A DNA stretch of 64,000 bases from Podarcis filfolensis (taxonomy: Eukaryota): NCBI GenBank assembly GCA_964270895.1, contig OZ185438.1; one strand, written 5' to 3'. The notes under the pieces were generated by a model, which had not been told where the DNA came from, ran no database searches, and worked only from the letters and a program-made list of their open reading frames with translations. The translations under genes and the position numbers were made by a program. Positions 1 to 12,110 of this stretch are shown piece after piece. How positions within the stretch are numbered: position 1 is the stretch's first letter; each line of letters starts with the position of its first letter.

Positions 1-564
1 CTGATCTCCCCAGACCCACTGGTCTCAAAAGGCTGGCATCCCCTTTAATCTTGAGGATCTTGACATGCTGGCTTTCTTTTCCTCACTTCAAAACCATTCT
101 AAGCTTCCCTTTTTTATAACTCCTATACTCTTTTCTAAGGTTATGCTTCGACAAAGGTCAAAACTGATTTTGAATGGACTCTTAGAGCTACCTAGTCAAT
201 TCCTTCCTCCTAGGGTCACATGTACAGAAGGGAGAGCGCTATTGACTATGATCCATCAATTAGCTCATATGATTGGAAACCTATGTGGCATGAGGAATAT
301 TGGTATTGATGCCTCCTAGAAAAAAGGATGGCTGATCTAAGGTAGAAGAATCTCATAACCTCTGTAAGAGAACTAAAATCTCTCAAGAGGGAGGGCTTAG
401 AAAATGGCGAGGAATGTGAGAAAGGGCACAATTGGGGGGCACAAAAAGAGGATGATGGGGAAGACAGAGAGGAATTAGAAGTGTAAGAGGGACAAAATAG
501 AGGAATATTCAGTGAAGCAATGAGAATACATTTGCTTGTGTATTCAGCAAGTCCAACCTATGCA

Positions 565-1175
565 CCTTCCTGGCATCAGAATATCAGAACAGGCCATCAT
601 CCCATCTAGTCCACCATCTTGTTCTCACAGTGGAACAGCAGATGCCGGTGGGAAATTCGCAAACAGGACCTGAGCACAAGAGCCCTCTTCCCTTCTCTGG
701 ATTCCAGAAACTGGTATTCAGAAACTTTAGTGCCTCCTACTGTGGTGGCAGAGGATAGCCATCATAGCTAGAAGTCATTGAGAGCCTTCTCCTCCATGAA
801 TTTCTCTACTCCTTTTTTAATGCCATCTAAGTTAATGGCCCTCACTGCCTCCTGTGAAAGCAAGCTCCATAGTTTAACTATGTGCTGAGTGAGGCAGTAC
901 AGTGGTACCTCGGGTTAAGTACTTAATTCATTCCAGAGGTCTGTTCTTAACCTGAAGCACCACTTTAGCTAATGGGGGCCTCCTGCTGCCGCCGCGCCGC
1001 TGGAGCACGATTTCTGTTCTCATCCTGAAGCAAAGTTCTTAACCTGAAGCACTATTTCTGGGTTAGGGAGTCTGTAACCTGAAGTGTATGTAACCTGAAG
1101 CATATGTAACCCGAGGTACCACTGTATTTTCTTTTATCTGTCCTCAATCTTCCATGGATACGCCCACTTCCTGAT
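565..1175 (-). mobile_element. CR1-type LINE 3' fragment, interrupted by the MITE at 900-1124
   Basis: The minus strand resembles the CR1 ORF2 end and 3' UTR (gatggcattaaaaaaggagtagagaaattcatggaggagaaggc, then cttgttctcacagtgg on +). Related pieces occur at 15480-15690 and 27790-28110. Boundaries are approximate. Confidence 0.7.
900..1124. mobile_element. Tc1/mariner-type MITE, family A copy 1
   Basis: Perfect 18-bp TIR cagtggtacctcgggtta (900-917) / taacccgaggtaccactg (1107-1124). TA dinucleotides at 898-899 and 1125-1126. Internal repeated taacctgaag motif. Confidence 0.92.
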
Positions 1176-2820
1176 TCCATTATTAAGCATGTTCCTTACG
1201 TTCTGTCCATTTCACACAAACATAATGGTGAACTTCTTTTTCTTGTGAACCAAAGGAGATGCAAAATAAGAGTAGATTTAATCTTTGCAATGGAAGAAAG
1301 AAAACACTTTTTAACCAAGAGTGCTACAAAGTTTCTATCCCTTTCCCGGCACACTCTTCCACTCCTTTCCCTTCACAGCCTTTGGTTAAATTGTTAGGGA
1401 AACGTTAGTGATGGTGATCCTGGGTCTGATTGCTTTGGCCTATTGTGGAAAAGGAAAACTAGTCTCAGTATTGCCTTTTTTAGAGCTCAATAGGGAGGAG
1501 GATGGGGACAAAAGTCAAATTTATTGGCTCTGGTTCCACCTACTGTTAGCCTCCCCGCCAGCCCCAATGCACACCAGCCACCATTGCCTGCAGTCAGTTG
1601 TGTATATGCTTCCCTAGCAAAAGGGGAAGAGGAGTCCAGAGGAAGAGAGAGACACCGTGTGAGCTTTCCCTCTGGCTTCGTTAGGATGCATCCACTGTAG
1701 CTCTGGGCAGCCTTCGTTACAATGTTTCAAGATCCCTTGATGGGAAGTGCCTGATAGCTAGAGACATCTCGCTGTCAGGAAGAATATTGCGGAGATTCAG
1801 CTCCATTTTCTCTTTCATTTCATCATTTCACTCCTGGTTATAACTAAAAGCTGGGCAAATAGTGCATAATGAATCATTCATTAGATTAATTTCATAAATT
1901 TATTCTCCCTTCCAAATCATTAGGGCCCAGGCATTGCAAACTCCATGGAGGCTGGTGGAAAAAAAAGTCACGTGTTCCGTATTAGGCTTGCGATGAAGTG
2001 GATCCTCTGCACTTCCCCATCCCCCTGTTCTCCTTCTTTTGGATTTGCCTGCCTCCTTGATGAATATTTGTTAGGAGGAAGGAATAAATTCCTGATCTGC
2101 AGCTTGTTTCTGAGCCAGATGGTTGCAATTATCTGGCACAAGCTTGATTGGGTACCAAGGTCACATGGTCGTTCGGAATCTGTTTTCACAACCCAATGGG
2201 TTTAACACTTGGAATCAATTTCCTTGTGGTAACACTCAGAATTCTAAACTTGTTTGCCAGGATGAGGTAATCCGAGTCATCCTGCTTATCCGAAATATGA
2301 ATAAAAACTATTTAAAATCAATTCTTGCATATCTCTTTTTCTTTCAATAGACCAGAGAGCGCAGGACAACTGCTTCTGCCAAATGTCCTTCAAACATCTT
2401 TTGCAGTGTTGATCTAGGTCACATTTCAATAACAACAACAAAAATAATGAGGAGGACGAGGAGCAACAGCATCAGGAGTAGTTACCTTCACATCAAGTGT
2501 GGCTTTAGAATTTGAGAGTACTGAAAGGTCCTGGAACAAGTTACCATCAGCGGGTTTCCTCATCCCCACCCATTCAGATGCCTTCTTTCCCTGGGAAGAG
2601 GGAGAGGCAGGCAAAGACCGCTGTTCCTTCTCATTCATGCCTCTGCTCATTCACTCAGAGAAGGAGATGAACAGGCAACAATAGAAAAGAGGAGAAGGCA
2701 GTAAGAGCATGTGCCTCAGAGGCAGCAGTCAGCTCTCTGCTAAGACACAGTCCTTGGAGGTTGACCAATTGATGCCAGCTATGCTTTTCAGTCTAATCTT
2801 CCCCAAACAATGCTGTACAC

Positions 2821-2956
2821 CAGGCATCTCCAAACTCAGCCCTCCAGATGTTTTGGGACTACAATTCCCATCATCCCTGACCGCTGGTCCTGTTAGCTAA
2901 GGATGATGGGCGTTGTAGTCCCAAAACATCTGAAGGGCTAAGTTTGGGGATGCCTG
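2821..2956. mobile_element. Self-complementary hAT-like MITE (gggactacaattcccatcatc family)
   Basis: TIR caggcatctccaaact / agtttggggatgcctg (15/16), and the whole element is nearly palindromic. Flanking 8-mers ctgtacac / ttctacat match only 5/8. Confidence 0.8.
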
Positions 2957-2964
2957 TTCTACAT

Positions 2965-3017
2965 GTTCTTCTTCATCTTTTCATTCTTCTTCCTCTTCTT
3001 CTTCCTCCTCCTCCTTC
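2965..3017. repeat. (CTT)n/(CCT)n low-complexity pyrimidine tract
   Basis: Direct reading of the sequence. Confidence 0.8.
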
Positions 3018-4539
3018 TCATCCCAGGAACTTCAGGCTTTGGCCTCCCTATCTGGCCTTGCCCCTACTTTATATCCCAAGTGTGATGCCAGGATGAAATT
3101 TATCTTTCGACTCTAATAAAGCCTCTGGCTTGGCTGGATTAAGGCTAAAGAGAGGTGTCTAGAAACTAGCTGATTGTACAAAGGTAAAATTTACATGGGT
3201 TGCCTCACTTATGTTAGCTTCTGATCTCACCTACCACATGCAGTAGTTGCAAGGGATTGCAGCTCAGGGGCTGAAAAAGTTTCCTCAGCCCTATTCTACG
3301 TTGTTGGCAGATTGAACTACAAATCAGAAAGTCCCAGGTCCAAATATGTCCTTCACAATGAATGTACTTGATTGGACTATTGTCATAAGAGCAAAAAAGT
3401 GTGCCTTGAACACTAAAAAGTGATGCATTATTATTAATCAACCAAATGCCAATTATTAAGATACAAATACAACTATTATTTGTGTGGCTGAAGCCACTGT
3501 AGAAAATGAAACATACAAAGCAGAATAAAATACGTTACACAGTTATAATCATTATTAGAACCAGGTAATCTGTCAAATAAGGGTGGAATACTTATAGAGG
3601 GTCTCTATATTGCACGGGCTCTGTAAAGGCTGAAGGCTTGACTATAAATCAGGAAGTCTCAGCCTCCCAGTTGTAATATGAACGACGGGTGTAGATAGTA
3701 ATATTGGCCTACTTTACAGGGTTGTTGTAAGGATCACAACAAGAAGCATGGAAAACATTATCAGAACTCTGAAGTGCTATTCACATGATACTTATCAAAT
3801 GGCCCTATCCTGTCTTCTGCCGCCTCTGTTGAACAGATTGGAAATTCTTTGCAGAGCACCCATTCCTATTATTAAAGGATCTGAAGTATCAGACAGTCCC
3901 AGTGGGTAGTTCCACCCTCTATCTTCTTTGCGGGAATGGACATTCTCCAGAGAAATGCATACTTTTCATGCTCGCCATGAGTCCATTCAAACAGCTGGAG
4001 AATATTTGATTATACCAATACAGCAAACTCTCTGGCATGGATTGCAGCTCATCTCTGGGCCTCCTATGATTTGTCAGGTTCCCTTGTGGTTAGTTAAGAG
4101 TCCAGGAGTGCTGAGTCTATCTTTTCACATCAAAATACAGAACCATTAAGCAGACTCCTTGCTTTTCTTTTTCTTTTCAAAAAAATATAAACAAACAACC
4201 CACGGGCTCTGCTCTTTTTAACTCCAACTATGATGTCTGCACTCCCTCTGCTGGGTTTTATAATTCTTTGCAGTGAATATCAGTTGAAAATTCTTTAAGA
4301 CCTTTTATAAGAGAGATGAGTTCTGGAGTTTGGAAGGCCTTGTGTTAACCTAGCATAAATTTCAGTCGATGTAAATTTAATATGCATCTTGCAGTCCATC
4401 AGCAGTAAAAACAACAACACAACCAAGAGTTAGAATAGCCAATCAATCATTGTCCGGGACTGCAAACAACACTCCACCCCCAACCCAAACTCAGGTTTAC
4501 AATGTAGCAAGACATGGGGGTGCTAATCTTTTGCATTTA

Positions 4540-4756
4540 CAGTGGTACCTTGGGTTAAGAACTTAATCTGTTCTGGAGGTCTGTTCTTAACCTGAAACTA
4601 TTCTTAACCTGAGATACCACTTTAGCTAATGGGGCCTCCTGCTGCTGCCATGCCTCCGCCACACAATTTCTGTTCTCATCCTGAAGCAAAGTTCTTAACT
4701 ATTTCTGGGTTAGCAGAGTCTGTAACCTGAAGCGTCTGTAACCCGAGGTACCACTG
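4540..4756. mobile_element. Tc1/mariner-type MITE, family A copy 2
   Basis: Termini cagtggtaccttgggtta / taacccgaggtaccactg, TA at 4538-4539 and 4757-4758, colinear with 900-1124. Confidence 0.92.
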
Positions 4757-6286
4757 TATTCTGGAATGTGACTGTGTTTTTACTGTTTGTGGAGCTGGGT
4801 GTCTTTTCCTGTTGCTTTCTCTGTGCTGCCATTCACTTGCTGTTTGTGCCAGTGTAATGCTTCTTTCCTCTCAATGTGGGGTGAGGCAGCTCAGCTGGGG
4901 AGGAGGCAGAGATGGATGCGGACCCTAAATGTTGTTTAGGACCCAGCCAGTGTGGACAGTGGTCAGGAATGATGGGAGTTGTAGTCAATTGAAAAAGGCA
5001 GTGCAGGGATTGGGCTATCCCTTCCTTAGGGCATTTCTGGGGTGGGAGTGGGAGAAATAGCTTGGATCGTGGAATTAGGGCTCAGCCAAAGATATTGCAT
5101 TCAACTTCATATTACTGCCTGGAGACCTGGATGCTGGTAGGCACATTTATCCTCCCTCCCAGAGGTCCATAGAGCAGGGTGGGGTTGAATTATTTCAGTC
5201 TGAAGCCCAAATTCCCATACCCCTCAACTGTCCTGATTTGAGCGGGACATCCCCGAGTTACAGAAGCCAGCCTAGCTTTGGACTGGATCCCAGAATATCC
5301 TGTTTTTTGGTCCAGCACTCTGGCACGAGTCAGCTGACTCACACCAGAGCACTGGACCAAAAGATGCTCATTTTTTGGTCTCATGCTCTCGCATGAGTCA
5401 GCTGGCTCCTGCAAGAGCTTGGGACCAATAAAACAAATGTCTGAACTTTGATCAGCAGGGTGTTGGAGGGTATGCAGTCTCACGGGCAGCTTTCCGGGGG
5501 CTGTATAGTAGCGGTGGTTGTGCCCAAAGGAAAAATGGGGGTGGAACAACAGTTGTGACTTTTGCCTTTGTACAGCAAGCTACATCCAAGCCAGTCAAAA
5601 TCTACAGGCTTTGGCACACACACCTATCAATCCAGGCATTCTCACAGTTTGTGGGCCATTCCATCTAGGCAAAGGTCCTCAAGGATGGGGTGGAATAGGG
5701 ACAATGAAGGGTGTGGCATGGGAAGGGGTGTGGTATGGAGAGAGTCCTGAGGTTCCTGACTCCTGCCCTAGAGTAATGGCAGGAAACATTTCCTGCACTC
5801 ATGATGATGTCAGATTAGGTTTAGATTTTGACCTGTAGAATCTGGTGCAGCTCAAGATTCCAATACTTCATGGACTGCCTCTTTCCCTAGGAGCCCATCC
5901 AGACCTTGGAGTCATCACCTGAGGCTCTTTTTTGTGTGGCACCTTCTTGGGAGGTCCAGAGGTTGGCAATACAAGAATGGTTTACGAAAAAAAAGATAAA
6001 ACAATAAAGCTATCACTTAGTGGTGGCTTCATCATAGGATAGCTTTAGGTGCAAGGCAAAACTATGTGAATTATCTATGGCCCCTTGGGATGTTTTGATT
6101 CTGCTTTTTAAAAAACAAGATTGTCTAAGATATTTATTTGTTTTTCTTTTATGCTGGTTTTAATGTATGTGTTCATTTGTTTGTATGTTGCAAGTCTATT
6201 TGAATTACCTTGGTAAAATGGTGACCAATAAATGTAATATATAATAAGCAATAATAAGGATATGTAGACATCAAATGAGGTGAGAA

Positions 6287-6440
6287 GGGCCATAGCTCTG
6301 TGGTAGAACAGGTTATTTGCACACAAAACATGTCCCAGATTCAATTCCTGGCATCTCCATGTGAAGAAAAGGTCACATAGAAAGGGATAGGAAAGACCTT
6401 TGCATGAGAGCAACCCAATCCAGTTGGACTTGGGCAAATA
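6287..6440 (+). mobile_element. Degenerate tRNA-Ala-derived SINE
   Basis: catagctctgtggtagaac...ttgcac...gattcaattcctggcatctcca resembles A box, B box and 3' end of tRNA-Ala(TGC). Confidence 0.6.
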
Positions 6441-6915
6441 TAGTGTCCAAATCAAGGGAAGAAATAGTGTGCTCAAATCACGCTTGGAGTATTGTGTCCA
6501 GTTCTGGGCACCACAATTTCAGAAGGATGTTGACAAGCTGGAACATGGACAGAGGAGGGCCACCTAGATGATTAAGGGCCTGGAAACAAAGCCTTATGAG
6601 GAACAGTTGAAGGAGCTGGCTATGTTCAGCCTGGAAAAGAGGAGACTGAGAGGAGATCTGATCACTGTCACATGAAGGATGGATCAAACTTGTTTTCTCC
6701 TGCTCTGGAGGGTAGGACCCGAACGAATAGATTCAAGTTACAAGAAAGGAGATTCCAACTAAACATCAGGAAGAACTTTCTGACAGTAAGAGTTGATCGA
6801 CAACAGAACAGTCTCTCTAGGAGGTTGTGGACTCTCCTTCCTTGGAGGTTTTTAAGCAGGGGGTTGGGCTTGATGACTCCTGAGGTTCCTCCCAACACCA
6901 CAATTCTATGACTCT
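6440..6915 (+). mobile_element. CR1 LINE 3' end (5'-truncated, internally deleted)
   Basis: ggagtattgtgtccagttctgggcaccacaattt...; translation includes LFSPALEGRTRTNRFKLQERRFQLNIRKNFLTVR (CR1 ORF2 C-terminus). Ends in the CR1 terminal motif attctatgactct. Confidence 0.92.
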
Positions 6916-7630
6916 AAGAAATGGTCTGACCTGTTATGGTTTCTTATATTCAAAATTTCCACTCAGACTAAAAGGGTTGATGCAACATGTCCAGGTAACA
7001 CAATGGTTTTCAGTCCCTTCCCCTCTCTCAACACATGTGCCACCCCCCGATAAAAATGAGTGATTCAATTAATGGAAATATTAGGATGTGGAATTTATTA
7101 ATCCAGTGCACAATAATAGGCAGCTACATTCTCTTGAATAGCAGGCTAATGCCATCATTCATGTTACACAGGGATTCTCGCACAGTGCACCATAAGCTCA
7201 ACATAATGATAGCATCACAATCTGGGCTATTTCCTGGAGTATGTGGAGTTATTATAGAGAGCCGACTTACTGCAATAAATACCGTCCAATAATTCTGCAG
7301 ACACTGAGTGTAACAAGGTGAGAAGTTTATTGGTGCCCAGGCAGAGCCATGAGCTAAGTACCACATTTCTCACCAGCCATTAGCTTTGAACGCGTCACTT
7401 GTGAATGTTGTGAATGAGAAGGGGAAAGAAAACCATTTCTAAATTGAATATACTGTTCCTATCCAGTGTACATTCGATTTTTAAATGGCTTTCTTCCACT
7501 TTCGGTCTCAAGTTATCAACATTCACAACATGTACATTCTAGTCAATGTCGCTTTTTCATTCAATTTACAGGCACAGGAAATGCAAAAACTAATTTAAGC
7601 ATCACTTGAGAAAGTGGCTGAAGGCTCTTG

Positions 7631-7654
7631 GAGAGAGAGAGAGAGAGAGAGAGA
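7631..7654. repeat. (GA)n microsatellite
   Basis: Direct reading of the sequence. Confidence 0.9.
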
Positions 7655-8017
7655 TGCAGTTTTTGTGAAGAGCTGTGCAGCCTCTGTATGTTTACTCAGA
7701 GGTAAATGCTACTGATTTCAATGGAGCTTATTCCCAAGCAAAGGTTCACAGAATTCCAAAACAGGCCCAGCTTGATAAAGGAGATACTGTTTGGATACTG
7801 TTCTGGGGGAAAGAATGAATGGAAGAAACTAAAGCTGTTTTTGCTATTGTTCTCCCCCTTCAATAAGCTTTGTTCTCCCTCCCTGCCCCCCAACACAATT
7901 TTCCCTGTTTGGAATCTCTAATGCAGGGATCAGATCCACAACATACACATGGAATGGTGAACCTGTCCTGTCCTGTTCTATGTCATTTTCTTCATAATTT
8001 TTTTTTTGTCCTGCATA

Positions 8018-8170
8018 TGATAGCTCAGTCAGTAGAGCAAACAACTCTTAATCTCAGGGTCTCACAGACATGGGTTCAAGCCCCACTTTGGCCAAAGAGT
8101 CCTCCATTGCAGGGCATTGGACTTAGATGACACTCACGGTCACTTCCAACTCTACAATTCTGTGATTCTG
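8018..8170 (+). mobile_element. SINE with tRNA-Lys(CTT)-like head and CR1-derived tail
   Basis: Head tagctcagtcagtagagc...actcttaatctcagggtc...gggttcaagccccac; tail cttccaactctacaattctgtgattctg. Confidence 0.85.
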
Positions 8171-8293
8171 TTTATATACTCTTGAAGTATGCATTTAAAT
8201 GTGTGTTTTCTCTCAAAAGAGAGAGAGAAGGCCATTCCATATCAACATTCTCAAAGAATCAAATCTTCACACATGCGTACCTAATGTGTTGGA

Positions 8294-8503
8294 TCAGGAT
8301 CTGAGAGATCAGATTTCAAATTGCCAACTCGCCATGAGGCTCACTGGGTGATCCTGGGCCAGTCATTGCCTCTCATCCTAACCTGCCTCACAGGGTTGTT
8401 GTGGAGGTTAAATAGGGAAGGGGAGAACTGTGTACACCTCCTCCTTGAGCTCCTTGGAGAAAAAATTGGGGTGTAAATGCAATGAATAAATAAATAAATA
8501 AAA
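8294..8503 (+). mobile_element. tRNA/MIR-like squamate SINE with (AATA)n tail
   Basis: gccatgaggctcactgggtgatcctgggccagtca...ctcacagggttgttgtg...aataaataaataaataaa. Same family at 12631-12785 (+) and 34771-35005 (-). Confidence 0.75.
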
Positions 8504-8543
8504 ACTTGTTAATGCTGGGCTCAAATATTGTGTGCCCAAGGTA

Positions 8544-8785
8544 CAGTGGTACCTCGGGTTACATACGCTTCAGGTTACATACCCTTCAGGTTACAGACTC
8601 TGCTAACCCAGAAATAGTACCTTGGGTTAAGAACTTTGCTTCAGGATGAGAGCAGAAATCGTGCTCTGGAGGCGGCGCGGCAGCTGGAGGCCCCATTAGC
8701 TAAAGTGGTGCTTCAGGTTAAGAACAGTTTCAGGTTAAGAACGGACCTCTGGAACGAATTAAGTTCTTAACCAGAGGTACCACTG
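8544..8785. mobile_element. Tc1/mariner-type MITE, family A copy 3 (reverse orientation)
   Basis: Termini cagtggtacctcgggtta / taaccagaggtaccactg, TA at 8542-8543 and 8786-8787. Interior is the reverse complement of copy 1. Confidence 0.92.
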
Positions 8786-9106
8786 TAATGGTGAACTCAG
8801 CTTTACCTGTGGTCCCTGGCTCCTAATAAGGTTAGCCATACTTACTGGTCCAATCCTACAGCATCTCAGCTTGTACCAACTGCGTATGCAAATTCCTTCA
8901 TCTTGACTCAGAAGGCATTCATGATGGAAGGGCTGTCAGTAACCAAAGGCCTGAAGTATAATTTGGAGTAACTTTCTCGTTAAATAATGGAAGTCTGTAA
9001 AATTGAACTGGCGCTACCATCTTGCATAATTTATCCTGCTGGCCCTAAGGCAAATAGATATCCCTTAAATGTGCCATGGCATCAGTGGGTTTAATGATTC
9101 TCACAG

Positions 9107-9182
9107 TGCAATCCTATACTCAGAAGTAAGTCCCACTGAGTTCAAAAGGGTTGATTCCCAGGTGGTTGGGTATAGGATTGCA
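9107..9182. mobile_element. Small MITE with 13-bp inverted termini
   Basis: tgcaatcctatac (9107-9119) / gtataggattgca (9170-9182), perfect. Superfamily and exact ends are uncertain. Confidence 0.6.
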
Positions 9183-9699
9183 ACCTTACTCAGAGGCAAC
9201 AATGCAGTTCTCACAATGTGAGGTTCTGCATTTCTGTCTGTTGAAGATCAGTAGTTTTCAAACCTGTGACTCACCTTGAACTTAAACATGCATTTGGGAT
9301 CCCATTTCTTAAATTTGTATGGTGGCAGTGCTGGTAATAGTCCATGCTATTGGCCATGCTAGCTATGGCTGATGGGACCTGGAGTTCCACAGCTGGAGGA
9401 CAACATGCTGGTGGCCCCCAAGCTGTTGTACAGGCTCTACTGGAGACTCAACAGCCACTGCACAAAGCAGAGTTTTAGGCTCATATCTAGATAAGCCGTA
9501 AGTGGTGGGGATCTTCTGCTTTAGAGTGCTGATCGAGTGATTACAGCTGACCATTTGCCAAGCGATAACTTACCATGACACTGTCTTGCCAAATGGTGAG
9601 ACCATTGCCATCACTTTACTTGGGGTGACAAAGTGAGGCCATCTAGTTTCCTCATTAGTTACAAGGGCAATACAGGGGGCCAGTTTATAAAGAGGCTAC

Positions 9700-10081
9700 C
9701 AGGGGCATCTTACCCACAGAGGCTAGTGGCGCGGGGTGCCAGGATGCCAAGTTCTGGAGGGCGCTAGGGAAGAGACGGAGACTGGACGCGGTGCCTCCTG
9801 GCATCAGCTCGCCACCCTCGCCCACCTCGGCCATGTGTGCCAAAGCAGCGCCACACCTGGAGCCTCTATCTGCCTTGGCCACTGTGACACAAAGTGACCA
9901 GCTGAGCTGGGAAGCGCCACGTCCAGCCTCTGCCTCTTCCCCGCTGGAGGAGCCGCCCTCCAGCCACTGCTCGTTTCCTCCAGTCCTGCTGGCAGCACTG
10001 TCCTCTGTAAAAAAAGGTCAACAACTCTGGGAAATGGGGGGGGGCTTTGCACCACGTTGCCGGATATGCATGACGACCCTG
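9700..10081. mobile_element. Non-autonomous hAT element, family B copy 1
   Basis: Ends caggggcatcttaccca... / ...gacgaccctg. 8-bp TSD gaggctac (9692-9699) / gtggctac (10082-10089), 7/8. Confidence 0.8.
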
Positions 10082-10583
10082 GTGGCTACATGCCCCCAGT
10101 CCTACCTTCCTGCTTGGAATGACCCTCTCAATCAATTTAGTATCTACCCTTGAAAGGTGTTTCTGTGCCAGGAGGGAGACATTTGCCAGTGCAGCGTAAT
10201 GGCTACATGAGACCAGAAGATGCATATGCTAAAATCCTTCCTGTCAAAACCAAACAGTGAATAAGGAATCAGATGGCTTGACACTGGAGCTTGCAGTAAC
10301 ATATAGGCCCCCATCATCACTGCAGAAGCTTATCGCTGCTCACCTATGACTAGAGATGGATGAATCTGTCAATTTTAGTTTCTCCTAGTTTCCCATTTTT
10401 CCAATCTTAATTCCAGTTCTGCACATTTCCACAGTTTCTTAATGCGAATTTCTCATTTTGTATGCATTTTTTACTAATATACATATTTTTGCAAGAGACA
10501 TCTCCAAATATAATGCTTTGTTGTGTGTTACTTTCACTAACATATGCATTTTTGCACACATTGTATCCTGGATGGAGTAACTG

Positions 10584-11406
10584 TGCCCCTGAAGGCCAGG
10601 TGCGCAGCCTGGGAGTCATTTTGGACTCACAGCTGTCCATGGAGGTGCAAGTCAACTCTGTGTCCAGGGCAGCTGTCTACCAGCTCCATCTGGTACACCA
10701 GCTGAGACCCTACCTACCTGCAGCCTGTCTCGCCAGAGTGGTGCATGCTCTGGTTATCTCCTGCTTGGACTACTGCAATGCGCTCTACGTGGGGCTACCT
10801 TTGAAGGTGACCCAGAAACTACAACTAATCCAGAATGGAGCAGCCAGACTGCTGACTGGGAATGGCCACCAAGACTATATTACACCGGTCTTTAAAGACC
10901 TACATTGGTTCCCAGTACATTTCCGAGCACAATTCAAAGTGTTGGTGCTGACCTTTAAAGCCCTAAATGGCCTTGGCCCAGTATACCTCAAGGAGCGTCT
11001 CCACCCCCATCTTTCTGCCTAGACACTGAGGTCCAGTGCCAGGGGCCTTCTGGCAGTTCCCTCCCTATGAGAAGTGAGGTTACAGGCAACCAGACAGAAG
11101 CATAGCTGTCAACTTTTCCCTTTTCTTGCGATGAATCCTATTCTGAATAAGGGAGTTTCCCTTAAAAAAAGGGAAAAGTTGACAGCTATGGACAGAGGGC
11201 CTTTTCGGTAGTGGCATCCTCCCTATGGAACGCCTTCCCATCAGATGTCAAGGAAATAAAAATCTATCTGACTTTTAGAAGACATCTGAAGGCAGCCCTG
11301 TTTAGGGAAGTCTTTAATGTCTGAAATTTTATTGTTTTTAGTCCTCTGTTGGGAGCTGCCCAGAGCGGCTGGGGAAACCCAGCCAGATGGGCAGGGTATA
11401 AATAAA

Positions 11407-11439
<33 letters not shown>

Positions 11440-11455
11440 AATAATAATAATATTC
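10584..11455 (+). mobile_element. L2-clade LINE 3' fragment (post-RT region, 3' UTR and ATT/AAT tail)
   Basis: Translation VRSLGVILDSQLSM...LDYCNALYVGLPLKVTQKLQLIQNGAARLLTG...HWFPVHFRAQFKVLVLTFKALNGLGPVYLKERL is typical of L2 ORF2. Tail gctggggaaacccagccagatgggcagggtataaat followed by (ATT)n(AAT)n. Confidence 0.92.
11101..11190. mobile_element. 90-bp MITE with 24-bp perfect TIRs, inserted in the L2
   Basis: catagctgtcaacttttccctttt (11101-11124) / aaaagggaaaagttgacagctatg (11167-11190). 8-bp TSD gacagaag / gacagagg (7/8), hAT-like. Confidence 0.92.
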
Positions 11456-12092
11456 GAGAACTGCATTACAAAATTCAGAAAAGTGCAAATTCAAAGGATT
11501 GTTGTCCTTTGCTTGGCATATTGGTTTAGGAAGTACAAATTATGGAGTTTCTCATTAAAACATGAACAAAAATGAATCCCCCCATCCCTACTTATGACCC
11601 AACCACACTTAAGACATCTATAAAGTAAACATTTGGATGGATACTTAGGAAAGGATTGTGTAGATTCACAACCACCAACATATCCTGACAAAATTCCAGA
11701 ATTCTCTGTATGCTTTTGTTTTCATGAAAAGCACAAGACAGTTTCTTTCCCAAGCACACCTGATCTGAATATGTTTGCTGCTAGAGCTGAAGTGAATTTA
11801 AAGTGGAAACAGTCCCAAGGAAATCTTGCTGTAAGTCAAATTTTCTCGAAATAATTCAAGTATATCGGAATCTGATGAATACAAGACAAGCACAAGAAAG
11901 ATGGCATTTCTAAACTTAAAGAGGCAGGTGGATTTCAAATGACAGATTGCACCTTATAACCAGAGGCTTGTATCTGCAGGTTCTTCACCCCTCATCTGCT
12001 TCTGTTATAGAGCTTGTTCACAAATCACTGGTAAACACTCACGTTCACATTAACCAACTTTTCTTTACTCGGCTGTGCAGTAATTTTCTATT

Positions 12093-12110
12093 TGGCCAGC
12101 AGATGGCAGA
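12093..12110 (+). promoter_or_regulatory. Candidate CTCF core motif
   Basis: TGGCCAGCAGATGGCAGA fits the consensus TGGCCASYAGRKGGCRS and lies in unique sequence. Motif match only. Confidence 0.5.

Larger units (their letters stand above)
10351..11590. mobile_element. hAT-like MITE family C, split by an L2 insertion
   Basis: Termini tagagatgg / ccatcccta (8/9). 8-bp TSD cctatgac (10343-10350) / cttatgac (11591-11598). The halves 10351-10583 and 11456-11590 resemble copies near 57045-57228 and 58630-58906. Confidence 0.8.

Noticed and set aside
8018-8100. tRNA genes (also 12787, 18070-18140, 33324-33393, 45603-45670, 63390-63440)
   Set aside because: Stems are disrupted and each continues into a SINE body or tail, so these are SINE heads, not functional tRNAs.
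9685-10225. Overlapping ORFs and a CpG-island-like patch
   Set aside because: They lie within hAT family B copy 1. The same holds for 26430-26994.
10462-11022. 186-aa ORF as a host gene
   Set aside because: It is a chimera of MITE sequence and an L2 ORF2 fragment inside nested repeats.
11870-11905. CTGATGA...GAAA hammerhead-like word pair (also CTGATGA at about 62629)
   Set aside because: No stem II or stem I pairing at 11870, and no GAAA in the 62629 case.
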